A stretch of 64,000 bases of DNA from the human T2T-CHM13v2.0 reference genome, Homo sapiens. Numbering within the stretch: the first letter of the stretch is position 1; the number at the start of each line of letters is the position of its first letter. The notes under the pieces were generated by a model. That model had not been told where the DNA came from. It did no database searches and saw only the letters and a program-made list of their open reading frames with translations. Location: assembly GCF_009914755.1 (NCBI RefSeq), contig NC_060927.1. One strand, given 5' to 3'. The position numbers and the translations under genes were made by a program. Shown piece after piece: positions 44,895 to 57,731 of this stretch.

Positions 44895-46900
44895 TTAAAG
44901 ATGGCAGAGTAACCGCCTGTGTGTATCTTCTCTCTTTCCTAAGACCCCACTAAAACCAAAGAAAAGGAAAACATAAGATCTGAACTCAGAAGAGCAAAGT
45001 ACAGAAGTGGACACATCAGCTGTTGACAGACATTTAATAGCCTTTTGGAGGATGGAAAGCAGGTGGATTAGGAGTGACTGACTGAGACAGGCAGAAGTGG
45101 ATACCGAGGGGAAGAGATTCAGTATCCCCTCACTTTAAAGGACCTCAATAGGTGCTTCAATGCATGGGGCTGACAGCAAGAGGCTAAGCTGACCATCAGT
45201 GTACTCAAAAATAAGTCCATTAGTCACCATTCCCATCCATATTCAGAGAGTCCATGCTTCCATAAAAAAGGTACAATGCTGGGAGAAAGTCTCCAATATG
45301 AAAGAGACCAAAATAAATAAACAGAAAAGATAGAACTAGAGAATGGAGAAACAATGACAAGGAACAGAAAAGCACCTAAACATACCAATAATAGTAGTAC
45401 TACTCAAAAAGGAGAGAAAGAGAAGGAGAAAGAGATAATGATTAGCACTTACAATATGCCAGGTACCTAAAGTTTATATGTACTTCCTCATGAGTTTTAT
45501 ACATGTGAGATCAAATAGAGAATGAATACACTCACCTGCACACATAAACACACATATATAATCTCATTAAGTCTTTGATAATAGGGACAGTAAGGGAACA
45601 AGACAAAGTTTCATAAGGTCATCGTCAAATACTCTTAAAAAAAAATACCACACATCAAATCCAGGTAATAAGGATCCTCAAACAATGCTGTTAACCTTTC
45701 TGCTATGATACTTCTCAGAGAGACATATGTACAGATAATACAAATGCTATGATAAAAAAATCAATCAGACAATAATACAAAAGCATTCTTAAATTTTTTA
45801 ATAGCTAAAATCAATTTTTCCTAAAAAAAAAAACTCAGAAAATTCCAAAAGCAAAGATAAAGAGATGAAAATTATGAAAGCAAACAGAAAATACTTAGAG
45901 AAACAATCCAGATGTCCCCGAATCCTATTTCAGAGATAAAGAACAACTACAAAAAGCAGAGTAAAGATACCACCAAAGAAAGAATACATATCCAAGATCA
46001 GAAAGACTTGAATTCAGTTAGTGCCCAGAAACACGGGATGAAGAGCAGACCTACACCAAGGTGTTTCCTCATGGAATTCAAATTTTTTGGGATAACAAAA
46101 AGAAAATTGTGAGAGCTTTGAAAAGCCAAGGGAAACAAATATTAACATGTGGAAAAAGAAATAAAACAATTTTATTATACTTATCAAAAGTAACACTGTA
46201 TGCTAAAAACCAATGGACTCATGCTTTTAAAAGTCTGAAAAAGATTTCCACACCCAACAAAACTATCAATAAAGCATGAGACTTAGCAAATATATCAGAT
46301 CCTGCCTAAAAACGTTTATTTTTTTGTTTTGAATATTTTATTTATTTCAATAGCTTTTGGAGTACAAATGGTTTTTGGTTACATGGATGAATTGTATAGT
46401 GGTGAAGTCTAAGATTTTAGTGCACCTGTCACCCAAGTACTGTACTCAAAACTTTTATTTTCATTAACACAATTATTTAATAATTTACCAGAGGATATGC
46501 TATAGCAAAATAAAAGGGTAGAGTTAGAGAGAGATATGGGGCCCAGGAATCAAGGAATCCAATTCAAAAGAGTGGCGAAAGGAAGCCCCAGACTCAGTTT
46601 TTCAACTAGCCAGTAGAGAAGAGAAAGCCGGAATAGAAAAGAAAGCCAGAATGGAAATGATCTCGGGAACAATAGGAAATTTCATAAAATGCATAAGCTA
46701 CAAACATTTACACATGCAAATAAAGCAGTTAGAAACAGAAAAACTATCCAAGAAAGGAAACACTATATATTAACAAGAGGTTATAAGTAAAATCTAAAGT
46801 TGATGTATCAATAAATTGCAATGTATACATATTGATTAGAAATATGGTGTTAATATATAATATATAAAAAGAGAGCAGTAATTGCAACTGAACAGTGGAA
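44895..46900 (+). mobile_element. Ancient L1M 5'/ORF1-like degenerate region
   Basis: aagatggcag start; A-rich ORF1-like remnants (agacctacaccaagg...atggaattc). Confidence 0.5.
46322..46446 (-). mobile_element. Very short L1PB 3' end insertion
   Basis: ttttggttacatggatgaattgtatagtggtgaagtc; near-perfect TSD AAAAC(G/T)TTTATTTT. Confidence 0.8.
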
Positions 46901-47344
46901 TTTGGGACACAGAAAGATGAGGGAGTTAATTTTTCAAATATATACCAGCATAATTTTGATAAATCTGATTATATATTTCAAAATCTAACCAGACAGATGA
47001 TTTTCAAGCCATAGTATCTTACATTCATAGGTAAGTCCTTATATGTATACATACAAATATATATATATATTTCCACATATCACACATACATATGTGCACA
47101 CACATATATGCATACATGTACAAGAATTGATTCCTTTGCATTTGATAAATATTTCTAAAAATCTATAAATTTTCTATCCTTAGTACTTTTTTTCCTATAC
47201 TGCTAAGGTTATTTTCAGGTTAAAAAAAAAATCAAATCTTTATTTGCTACATTTTTCAGATTTGCTTAAGCAGCCAAACACCCACATGCACACACAACTT
47301 GTTATAAGAATACTGACTAACAATTGTTAAAACCTCCAAAATAT

Positions 47345-49000
47345 AAGATCCCCAAAGCACAGGCAAGAAAAGCAAAAATAGATAAATAGGATTACATCTA
47401 AAAAGGGCTTCTATGTAACAAAGGAAACAATCAGAGTGAAGAGATGACCACAGAATGGGAGAAAATATTTGCAAACCATACATCTGATAAGGGGTAAGAT
47501 CCAGAATATATAAGAAACTCAACTCAATAGTAAAAAAGGCAAATAATCCATTGAAAAATGGGCAAAAGACCTAAATAGACATTTCTCAAAAGATGACATA
47601 CAAATGGCCAACAGGTATATGAAAAAATGCTCAACATCACTGATCATCAGGGAAATGAAAGCCACAATGAGACATCACCTCACTCCAGTTAGAATGCCTA
47701 TTATCAAAAAGACAAAAAATAACAAATGCATGGATGTGGAGAAAATGGAGTGGTTATACACTGTCAGTGGGAATGCAAACTAGTACAGCCATTATGGAAA
47801 CCAGTATGGAGGTTCCTCAAAAAATTAAAAATAGAAGACTATCTCATGTTCCAGCAATCTCACTACCTGGTATGTATCCAAAAGAAATAAAATCATATGC
47901 CAAAAAAAATAGCTGCAGTGTTTACTGCAATAGCATGAAGAATCAAGATATGAAATCAACCTAAGTGTCCATCAGTGGATGAATGGGTAAATAAAATATC
48001 GAATATATACACAATGGCATACTATCGGGTCATTTAAAAAAGTAAAATCCTGTCATTGGTGACAACATGGACGAATCTGGAAGACATTATGTTAAATGAA
48101 ATAAACCAGGCACAGAAAGACAAACCTTGCATGATCTGACTCATATGTGCAATCTAACCATGCTGAACCCATAACAGTAGAACAGTGGGAACCAGAGCTA
48201 AGAATAGGAGAGGGGAGAAGGAGATGGGGAAGAGATTCGTCAATGGCTACAAAGTTACAGTTAGAGACGAGGAATAAATTCTGGTGTTCCATTGCAGGGG
48301 TCCCCAACCTCCTCCGAGCCATAAACAGGTACCAGTTTGTGGCCTGTTAGGAACTGGGCTGCACAGCAGAAGGTAAGTGGCAGACAAGTGCTTCATCTGT
48401 ATTTACAGCTGCTCCCCATTGCTTGCATTACTGCCTGAGCGCTGCCTCCTGTAAACTGCACATGGGAGGGATCTAGGTTGCACGCTCCTTATGAGAATCT
48501 AATGCCTGATGATCTGTCACTGTCTCCAATCACTCCCACATGGGACCAGCTAGTTGCTGGAAAACAAGCTCAGGGCTCTCACTGATTCTACCTTATGGTG
48601 AGTTATATAATTATTTCATTATACAGTACAATGTAATAATAATAGAAATAAAGTGCACAATAAATGTAATGTGCTTCAGGCATTCCCCAAACCATCCTCC
48701 CATCCCAGTGCATGGAAAAATCAAGTTTGATTAAACCAGTCCCTGGTGCCAAAAAGGTTGGGGACCACTGTTCTACTGCACAGTAGGGTGACTATGATTA
48801 ACAGTAGTGTATATTTCAAAATAGCTGGAAGAAAAGATTTTGAGCATTTTTACTACAAGGAAATAATAAATGCATGAGGTGGTGGATACGCTACCATACC
48901 CAGATTTGATTTTTACACAATGCATACATGTATCGAAACATCACACTATACCCCATAAATATGTACAATTATTGTGTGTTAGTAAAAACCAAAAAATTCC
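47345..49000 (+). mobile_element. L1MA 3' end, interrupted by MER1A
   Basis: ORF2 C-terminal region and 3'UTR ending cacactataccccataaatatgtacaattattg. Confidence 0.85.
48295..48770 (+). mobile_element. MER1A (hAT-Charlie)
   Basis: CAGGGGTCCCCAACC...GGTTGGGGACCACTG TIRs; 8-bp TSD ttccattg/ttctactg. Confidence 0.9.
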
Positions 49001-50025
49001 CAAAAACAAATGCAGAAATCCCACCGAGTAGCATCCTCATAATATTTAATTAATTAACAATCTTTTCTTGCACACCATCTCTTAGGCTGTAAGCTCTATA
49101 AGGGCAGGGAACACAACTCCTTTATTTGTGGATGGATCCCTGTAGTAAACAATCAGTAAATTCTTTTCGAATTCAGGAATTAATCTTTTTAATCCTCTTT
49201 TTCATACATGGCTTACACTAACACAGAAAACAACTGCCGTGTAAAAGCTCTATCAATGGCCACAGAACTGCCAGAGGTACCTTACTATCATGAAACTCCA
49301 GGAAAAATATCCCTGCATAGGACTATGCCCAACCTCCAAGCCAGTCAGGAAATCAGATCCATGAAAAAAAAATATATCTAAATATAATCCCATCCAAAAG
49401 CTAAATTTGTTACATCCCAGATTTTGGGTTGTGGGTTCATTTTTGTTTTCTGTTTGTTTTTAATACAATTCTTGGGAAAAACACTTTGTCAAAAATATCT
49501 CCCTCCTAAAAACATGACTGCTTTAGGAATGATGCCAAAATTGGGTCAGTTGTAGGGGTTATGCATGTTACATGCTGTTATAAGGGTAGAAAAGTTTGTG
49601 ACAGCTCAGGACAGGTTGATGATAGCATGTTCTGAAATGCCCAGAAAGAGTCTAGCAGGAAATACCATTGCTGATAACAGTGATTATCTGTGAGGAATGA
49701 GACTGAGGAGAAAATTTCTGAAATAAGCAAAGGCTGGTTTTATAAAAATAAAAGCAATTATAAAAATGGAAATAAAGCAGAAGCTCTCTTAACCAGTGCT
49801 CTAAAACACCAGTTTTCAAACTAGGGTATGTGAACCCCTAGAAATATACAAGGAATTTCCAAGGGATAGATCCACAGACAGTTTTTAAGGAATCAATCTC
49901 CAGATTATCCTTCATACATTTTTAAAAATTGGGATGATGATGGAGGCACATGCCGGCTCTCAAGACCCACCTCACCTTCTCCCACTTTATAAAGAAAATA
50001 TTTTTTTGTGCAACCCATCTCTTAC

Positions 50026-50811
50026 TGATACAGGAAGAGGGCAGGGAAGTGCCAGGTAGAGAAGGGTGGGGTCCCGGCGAGGGCTCCACCCTCGGGCCTG
50101 TGCCCATGGACCTAAATGAAGACAGGCATTTCTGTTTTTGTGCCCAAAAAGTTGCCTTTTGGCCTGCCATACTCCCATCCTGTTCCCGTAAAAGCCTGAG
50201 CTCTAGAGGGCACACACACAAGCGGCTGGACATCAAGAGGAGCAGGACACACCAGCAGACACCGGCAGACCAACAACAGCAGAACGACTCGGACACCAAG
50301 GGGAGTTTGGCTGGGGGCGGTTGAAGAAGAGTCCAGCCCCTGGGTGGCCTGTGTCCAGGGAAAAATCACCTTCTCACTCCATCCCCCTTCTGACTCCCCA
50401 TCCATCTCACTGAGAGCTACCTCCACCACTCAATAAAACCTTGCACTCATCCTCCAAGCCCACGTGTGACCTGATTTTTCTGGTACACTAGGGCAAGAAC
50501 CCCGGGATACAGAAAGCCCTCTGTCCTTGTGATAAGGCAGAATGTGTAATTGAGCTGGTTAACACAAGCTGCCTGCAGACAGAAAAGTTGAAAGAACATA
50601 CTGTAACACACATCCACTGGGGCTTCGGAAATCGCAGACATGACACCCCTAGACACTGCCATGGGACTGGAGCCCAAAAAGTGCTCCCCATGGCCTCTGT
50701 ATCTGCCCATCTGCATGCTCCCCTTTGGGGTTTGAGCAGCGGGGCACTGAAAATATGAGCCACACCCTGTCGCACTTCCTGCGAGGGGGATAAGGGAACA
50801 CTCCCATCTCA
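50026..50811 (+). mobile_element. LTR1-family (ERV1) solo LTR
   Basis: TGATACAGG...CCCATCTCA termini, 4-bp TSD TTAC and internal AATAAA. Confidence 0.8.
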
Positions 50812-51530
50812 TTACTATGGAACTAGGAGTAAACATTTCCAGATTAAAACCCAACAAAAAAAGTTTAAAAATTCGTATTATCAAAAGTACCACCCCTCCA
50901 AATTTATTTCATTAAAAGATGAAATTCCAGTAAAATTTTACTAATGCAGAAGAAGTTTAGATGTCAACTTAAAATGTGCAAACAGATTCAGAGGTGTGAA
51001 GACCACTAACCACACAACGCCTTTCTAGAATATTCTAACAGAATGCCACAGCATAATGAATGCTCTCACATACGAAGAGCAAGAGGTGAGCTTCATATTC
51101 ACCAAAATTGTGTGTTACCAAACCTGCTTACATCATTTGTAGTAGCTGGAATTATGCAACCTAATTGAGTATTGTGTAACCAAGAGAATTGCTTCTTCAA
51201 AAACAAATCCAAATGCTTGGTAAGACTCAAAAGCAAATTGTAAAAAAAATGCAACCAAATGAGGAATGGGCAAAATAAGTATAAAAGGGAGGGATGAAGA
51301 TTTTTTTTTTAATTCTGTAAGGCTTCACAAGTGTCTAAGGCCTACACCTCATTTTAACCAGAAAACTTGAAATTCAGGGATGACATAAAATAGATGAGCT
51401 TTATGGAAGCAAGACCATATGGAATTCAGATTTTCAATCCACGTTCAACGAAGAGCCTTGATCATCCATCAGATGATTGGTAAATGAGTTCATTTATGGG
51501 TATTAAGTTCAAATAAAATATTAAGGCATG

Positions 51531-52196
51531 TATGACGGTTAATTTCAGGTGTCAACTGGATATTAAGGAATACTTAAAAAGTTGGTAAATTATTACTTCT
51601 GGGTGTTTCTGTGAGGACATTTCCAGAGGGACCTGGCATGTGAGTCAGTGGACTGAGTAGGGAAGAGCCATCATTAAGGTGGGTGAGTGCCATCCAATTA
51701 GCTGGAGGCCCAGATAGAACAAAAAGGCAAAAGAAAGGTGAATTCTCTCCCTCACTCTCCTGGATCTGGGACACTCATCTTCTCCTGCCTATAGACATCA
51801 GAACTCCAGGCTCTCTGGTCTTTGGACTCTGGGGACTTAACACTAGCAGCCTTCAGCCTTGGACTGAGAGTTACACCATTGGCTTCCCTGGTTCCAAGGC
51901 ATAGCTTCACGTTGGGGCAGGCCATCACAAAGACCAAGCACAGGATTAGAGGGTTGGAACTTCCAGTGCCTGGATGGGTAGAGGGAGGGGAGCTGGACTT
52001 GGACTGAGGCATGCTACCAGCATCCCAGGGTTTCCAGCTTGCAGACTGCCTGTCATTTCTTAGCCTCCATCATCACATGAGCCAGTTCCCCTAATAATCC
52101 CCTCTCATCCATCCATCCATCCGTCAATCCATCCATCCATCCATCCATTCACTCATCCTATTGGTTCTGTCTCTCTGGAGAACTCTGAATAACACT
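51531..52196 (+). mobile_element. MLT2B-like ERVL LTR with (TCCA)n and a foreign insert
   Basis: tatgacggttaatttcaggtgtcaac...ctggagaactctgaataacact; TSD GCATG. Confidence 0.85.
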
Positions 52197-52409
52197 GCAT
52201 GTTTCATCTTTTTAAAACAATAATTCCTTCTCCAAATGACTTTTTCTGTTAATCAGACAACTAATGATCTCAATCATCTATATGAGAGAGCATCTATTAA
52301 AATTAAAAGTCATGATTAACTCCAGCTCAGTCATTCTCAAAAAGGTCCCCTATAATAGGGAATATTATAAGCAGCCGGAATTATGCAACCTAATTGAATA
52401 TTGTGCAAA

Positions 52410-52999
52410 TATTCAAGACTGACCCCACTTTAGATGTCAGGCCATCTGCACTTCTGACCAACTTGACTACAAATTCAGGGGTTCCCACAAGTCCCTCAGC
52501 TTTGATAATTCACTAGAATGACTCATCGAACTCAGCAAAGCTCTATATGTATAGTTTCCATTTTATTATAAAAGATACACATCAGGCAAGGTCTGGAAGG
52601 GTCCTCGATGTGGAGTGTCCATACCCTCTCCCCTTGGATTCAGGGTACAACACCCTCCTGAAACATCAATGTGTTCACCAATCAGGAAGTTCCACCAAGC
52701 TTTGGTGTCCAAAGTTTTTATCAGGATTTCAATACTTAGGCATGATTGATTATATCACTGGCCATGTGACTAAACCCAATCTCCAGCTCCCCTCCTCTAC
52801 CCATGCAGACACTGGAAGTTCCATCCCTCTAATCCTGTGCTTGGTCTTTCTGATGACCTGCCCCCACCTGAAGCTATGTAAGGATATGACTCACTGAGTC
52901 ACCTCAGTAGCATATCAAAGACACTCCTATCACTCAGCAAATTCCAAGGGTTTTCAAAGCTGTGTCCCAGGAACCAGACACATTATTTATTATGCCACA
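52410..52999 (-). mobile_element. MER21-like LTR (truncated)
   Basis: cacttctgaccaac...aaattcaggggttcccac...ccaggaaccagaca...ttatgccaca. Confidence 0.75.
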
Positions 53000-55900
53000 T
53001 CAGGTAAATTAAAATGGTGGAATGGTGACAATTTAGTTAAATTTCTAATAAAATTTTGGTTTGACAGATGAAGATTAAGAGCAGAGGCACTTAAGAAGAC
53101 ATGAGAAGGACAGGGAAACAAGGAATAATGTGCGATGAAAACAGCAATAAAAAAAACTTATAGCAAGCGTGAGACTTACTCAAGCAGTAACCAACAGCCT
53201 AAGATCAGAACCGTATTGTCAACATGTTTGTCCAAAGAGTAGTTTTCATTCAGAAACAAAGCCTCTGGAGCGAGAGACCAAACAGAAATGGACCTTCCTT
53301 CTTCATCCAGGAGATGAACTACAGCAGTCAAGCTAGGCCTGGGGGTAGACATTAGAGAGGCTAACAATAAAAATAGGGATCTTCTCCCAAGCTCCAGTCC
53401 TAGGAGAGGTGGCAATACTTGGAAAGGTAGCCTCTGGAAGTAGTTTACTCCTGGAAATACCTGCTAAGATCAATAGCAATAAAAACCTGGAATTTATAAA
53501 CAAGGCCAAATGTTTATAGTATAATGTTAATACTACTGAATTATTTCATTCTGCTGCAAGCATTAGATAGATGGAAATTACCCCATACTTCTGTAAGAGA
53601 CTACATTTTATTGACTATTTAATACACATTATCTCCTTTGAAATGGCTCTTGAACCGGAGGGAAAGAAAGATAAGACCATGAATACAGAGGCACTGCTTG
53701 TGGAAAGGAAAATTCTCTCCACACTCTCTAGTCTCAAGCAACATCAGAAAGAAAACCAAGAAATACAATTAAATGGAATATCAGTAAATGTTGAGCATTC
53801 CACCTGAATCTTGCCTTTTACTTTTTAATAGCACATATGAGAGAAGCAGTAGAGCAAAGATCAATTAATCAACAAATGGTATTGGGTCAACTAGTAGCCA
53901 CTTGGAAAGAAATAAATTTGAATTTATATAAAATGCTATATATCAAAATACACTCCAGGTGAATCAAGAATTTTAATGTAAAATAATAAACTGTAAATGC
54001 ACTATGAGAAAACATGAGAGATCCTCTTTTCATTCTTTCATTTAGTAGTAAGAAAGCCCTTTCTAATCAAAACATGAAATCAGAGGCATAGGGGAAGAAA
54101 ACTATAAGTGACTCTGTGAAAAGGAAATTGTGTAGCTAAAATTTATAAAAATAAAAATAAAGTCAAAACATAGGAGGAGGCTCTATACTTGTTCTCGTGA
54201 TATTAAAAAGCTGCAAAAAAGAAAGCTATTCCCATCATAACAACAAAGGCTAGATAATGTACAAAATCTTAACTATCTTTAGACCCTCAGAAAGTAACAA
54301 AGAATGAGTGAAGTAAATTCCAAAGGATGTGAGGATGTTAACTGACATTTGTCAGACCAGGGGAAGAAACGGTAGCTGCTATACAGGCAGACAATCAGAA
54401 AACAACTCAGATTTTAGCTATTTGTTAAAGCCCTTATGTGAGCTGGGAGCCTCTAACACAATAGGATTTGGGGGAATTTGTACTCACTCTTTTCCAATTT
54501 CCTCCACTGGGTGCTCATGAGAAAGCTTGGGGACAGTGCAAGAGAAGACAGAGAGAGACTCACTAGGCAGTGTAGGTTTAGACTGGGGATAAGCTGTCAC
54601 TGTGAAATAGGCACAAAACACAATGCTGGGGAGAGTAATGTGGCAGGAAATCTGTTCCCTCCCCAAACCACCTTACCGCTACACATACAAGGGAAAATTC
54701 AGCTGCCATGGAGAGAGTATGAGGAGCATTCAGAAAGCCCCACCCTTGGAAGCAGAAGAGCCAAGAAACAGTACCCCTGTTCCCAACTCAAGTATTGAAC
54801 TTATTCACAAGCAACTCCAGCCTACCTTTGGGGAGGGGACAAGAGCAAAGAGAGAGACTTCTTCCACGTTGCAGGGTGTTCGGGGTTTGCTCAAAGCTGA
54901 GGTTGAAGCAGGAAATCTTAAAAATGTACTCTGGTAATACAGGTCCCATATTGACCACAAGTAGCAACACTCCAGAGCTGAAGGCAAGGGAAGGCTGTGG
55001 GGACCCGGGCAATGATAGCAACAACCAAAAACAAATCCAGCTTAACTGCTGGCTAGATTGACCCAACTCCTGGCCTGATAGCAGAAGAGATAGACCTGTT
55101 TCCTGTCATAAATCATAAATAATATTTACTTCAGTATCCTGTTCCACACATACTGTCCAGCATTCAATAAAAAATGATGAGATTCACACAAGAAAGCAAG
55201 AAAAAATGACCCAGAAGACAATGGAGCAAGATCTTTGAAGTACTAAGAGGGAAAAAGCAAAAAACTGTCAACCCAAAATGTTATGTTTAAAAATGAAGGC
55301 AAAATATAGTACAAAAATTAAAGTAGAATTTCAAAAAGTATTCAAAAATGGCAGAGTAACAGAGGAATGGAGGAATGGAGGGACATAAAAAGAGAGGCAG
55401 CAAGCAGAAAACAAAAAAATAAGCCGGTAGACTCAAACCTAAACATAATAATAATTATAATCCAGGGTAACAAACTAAATAATTCAATTAAAAGGTAGAG
55501 ACCGTCAGAATAGACAAAAACAAGACCCAAATATATGCTATCTATAAGAGGTTCACTGTGAAAAACAGGAAAATTAAAAGTAAATGGATGAAAGAAAGAT
55601 ACACCATACAGAAAGTAAGCATAAAATGGCTGGAATCACTATATTAGTAGTAGATAAAACACAGTTCCAAACAAAAGGCATTATCATGGATAAAGAGGAA
55701 CATTTCATTATAACAAAAGGGTCAGTTTAACAGAAAGATATAGAAAGCCTGAAAGTGTATGCTGTAAAGCTTTAAAATATGTGAAACAAAAGTGTTGGAA
55801 CTAAAGGGACAAAGAGACCATTCTACATCCATAGTTTGAGATTCCCCCTTCTCTCTGCAACTAATAGAAATAACTAGACAATATTAACACCACCACCATC

Positions 55901-56624
55901 AATCACAGCAGAACTGTCAACCAGCTGGACTTACTTACTATTTATGGAAGAGTACAACCGACAACATCAGAATACACATTATTTTCAGCACGTGTTAAGT
56001 TTATCAGAATAGACCATATTGTGGAACATACCGTAAGTCTCAGTAAATTTAAAACTATTAAAATCACAAAAAACATGATATCTAAACACAATTTAATTAA
56101 ATTAGAAACCAATAATAAGAAAATCAGAAAAACCATTTGGAAATTAAGCAACAAATTACTAAATAATCATCAAGTCAAAGAAGAAATAGCAAAACAAATT
56201 ATAATATATTTTGGTGTGTATGATAATTTTTTAAAAGACAAAATGAAAACCTTCTTGGACCAACAAAAGCTAAATAAATTATTGTCAGCAACTCAGCACA
56301 ATAAGAAATAATAAAGACATTTCTTCAGGCAGAGCAGAAGGAATATGACACTGCATAGACATTTCAATATATATATAACGAAATAATGAGTGCTGGAAAT
56401 TATAAAAATATGAAAGATATTTTTCTTATTTTTAATCTTCATACTATAACTGTCTAAAGCAAAATAATAATACACTATGGAATTTAAAGCAGTAGATAGA
56501 GGCATGAAACAAAAGCACACTGCGGGAACATATTTATGATATACATAAGGCAGTATATTATTTGAAGGTAGACTGTGAGACAAAGTGACATATTTTAAGC
56601 TTCAGGGTAGCACTGTCCAAGAAA

Positions 56625-56822
56625 ACATTCTGTGTAGATAAAAATGTGCCATATTTATACTGTCCAATATGGTAGCCACTAGCCAAATGTGGATACTGCA
56701 CACTTGAAATGTCATTAGATTACCTAAGGATATGAAATTTCAAGCATTTAACTGTAAATTAATTAAAAATTTAAATTTAAGCAGCTACATAGGGATAGTG
56801 CCTGCCTTATTGGATAGTAAAG
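56625..56822 (+). mobile_element. MER3/MER33-like
   Basis: gcactgtccaa...ctgtccaatatggtagccactagcc. Confidence 0.75.
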
Positions 56823-56979
56823 CCCAAGAATAACCATTTTTAAAGAAAGTACAATTAGGAGGTATAGATAATTAGTAATAATGGTGGGAAAATAGAATCA
56901 TAAAAACTACTCAATTCAAAAAAAGGCAGTAAAACAAATTAAGAATATATAAAAGTAGAAAACAAATAGTAATATGCAA

Positions 56980-57300
56980 CAGTCATGTGCTACATAATAA
57001 TGTATCTGTCGATGACAGACGACATAGACAATGGTGGAAGTATGAGGTTATAATACTGTATCTTTTCTATGTTTAGACATACAAATACTTACCATTGTGT
57101 ACAACTGCCTACAGTAATCAGTACCATAACATGCTGTCCAGGTTTGTAACTTAGAAGCAATAGCCCATACCATATAACCTAGGTGTGTAGTAGTCAATAA
57201 CATCTAGGTTTATGTAACTATATGATATGTGCACAATGACAACATTACCTAACAATATCTTTCTTAGAAAGCATCTCCATTGTTAAGCAACACATGACTG
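56980..57300 (+). mobile_element. Tigger3a (MER7-type)
   Basis: TIRs CAGTCATGTG...CACATGACTG followed by TA. Confidence 0.85.
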
Positions 57301-57731
57301 TAGATTTCAATTTACCCATATCAAAAATTATGTTAAATGTAAATCATTTACACACACTAATTAGAAAGGCAGAGATTTTGGAATGAATAAGCAAGAAAAC
57401 CCAACTATTTGCTGTCTATAAGAAACCCACTTTAACTATAAAGATATACATTAATCAAAAGCAAAAGAATGAAAAATATATACCATGCAATCACTCATAC
57501 AGGTAACTTTGAATGGCTACATTAATATTAAATTACAAAGTAAACTTCAGAAAAGAGGATTATTACTAGAAGTAAAAACAGGAACTTCATAATCATAAAG
57601 AGGTCAATATATATCAAGATAACAACATAATCCTAAATGGGAATGTATCTAATACCAGAGTTTCAAAATAAACAGAGCAAAAACTCATGGAACTAAAAGA
57701 AATAGACAAGCACGCAATTACAGTTGGAGAC

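Noticed and set aside
49922-50893. Cluster of overlapping ORFs in GC-rich sequence
   Set aside because: They lie within a solo LTR1, where GC richness lowers stop-codon frequency.
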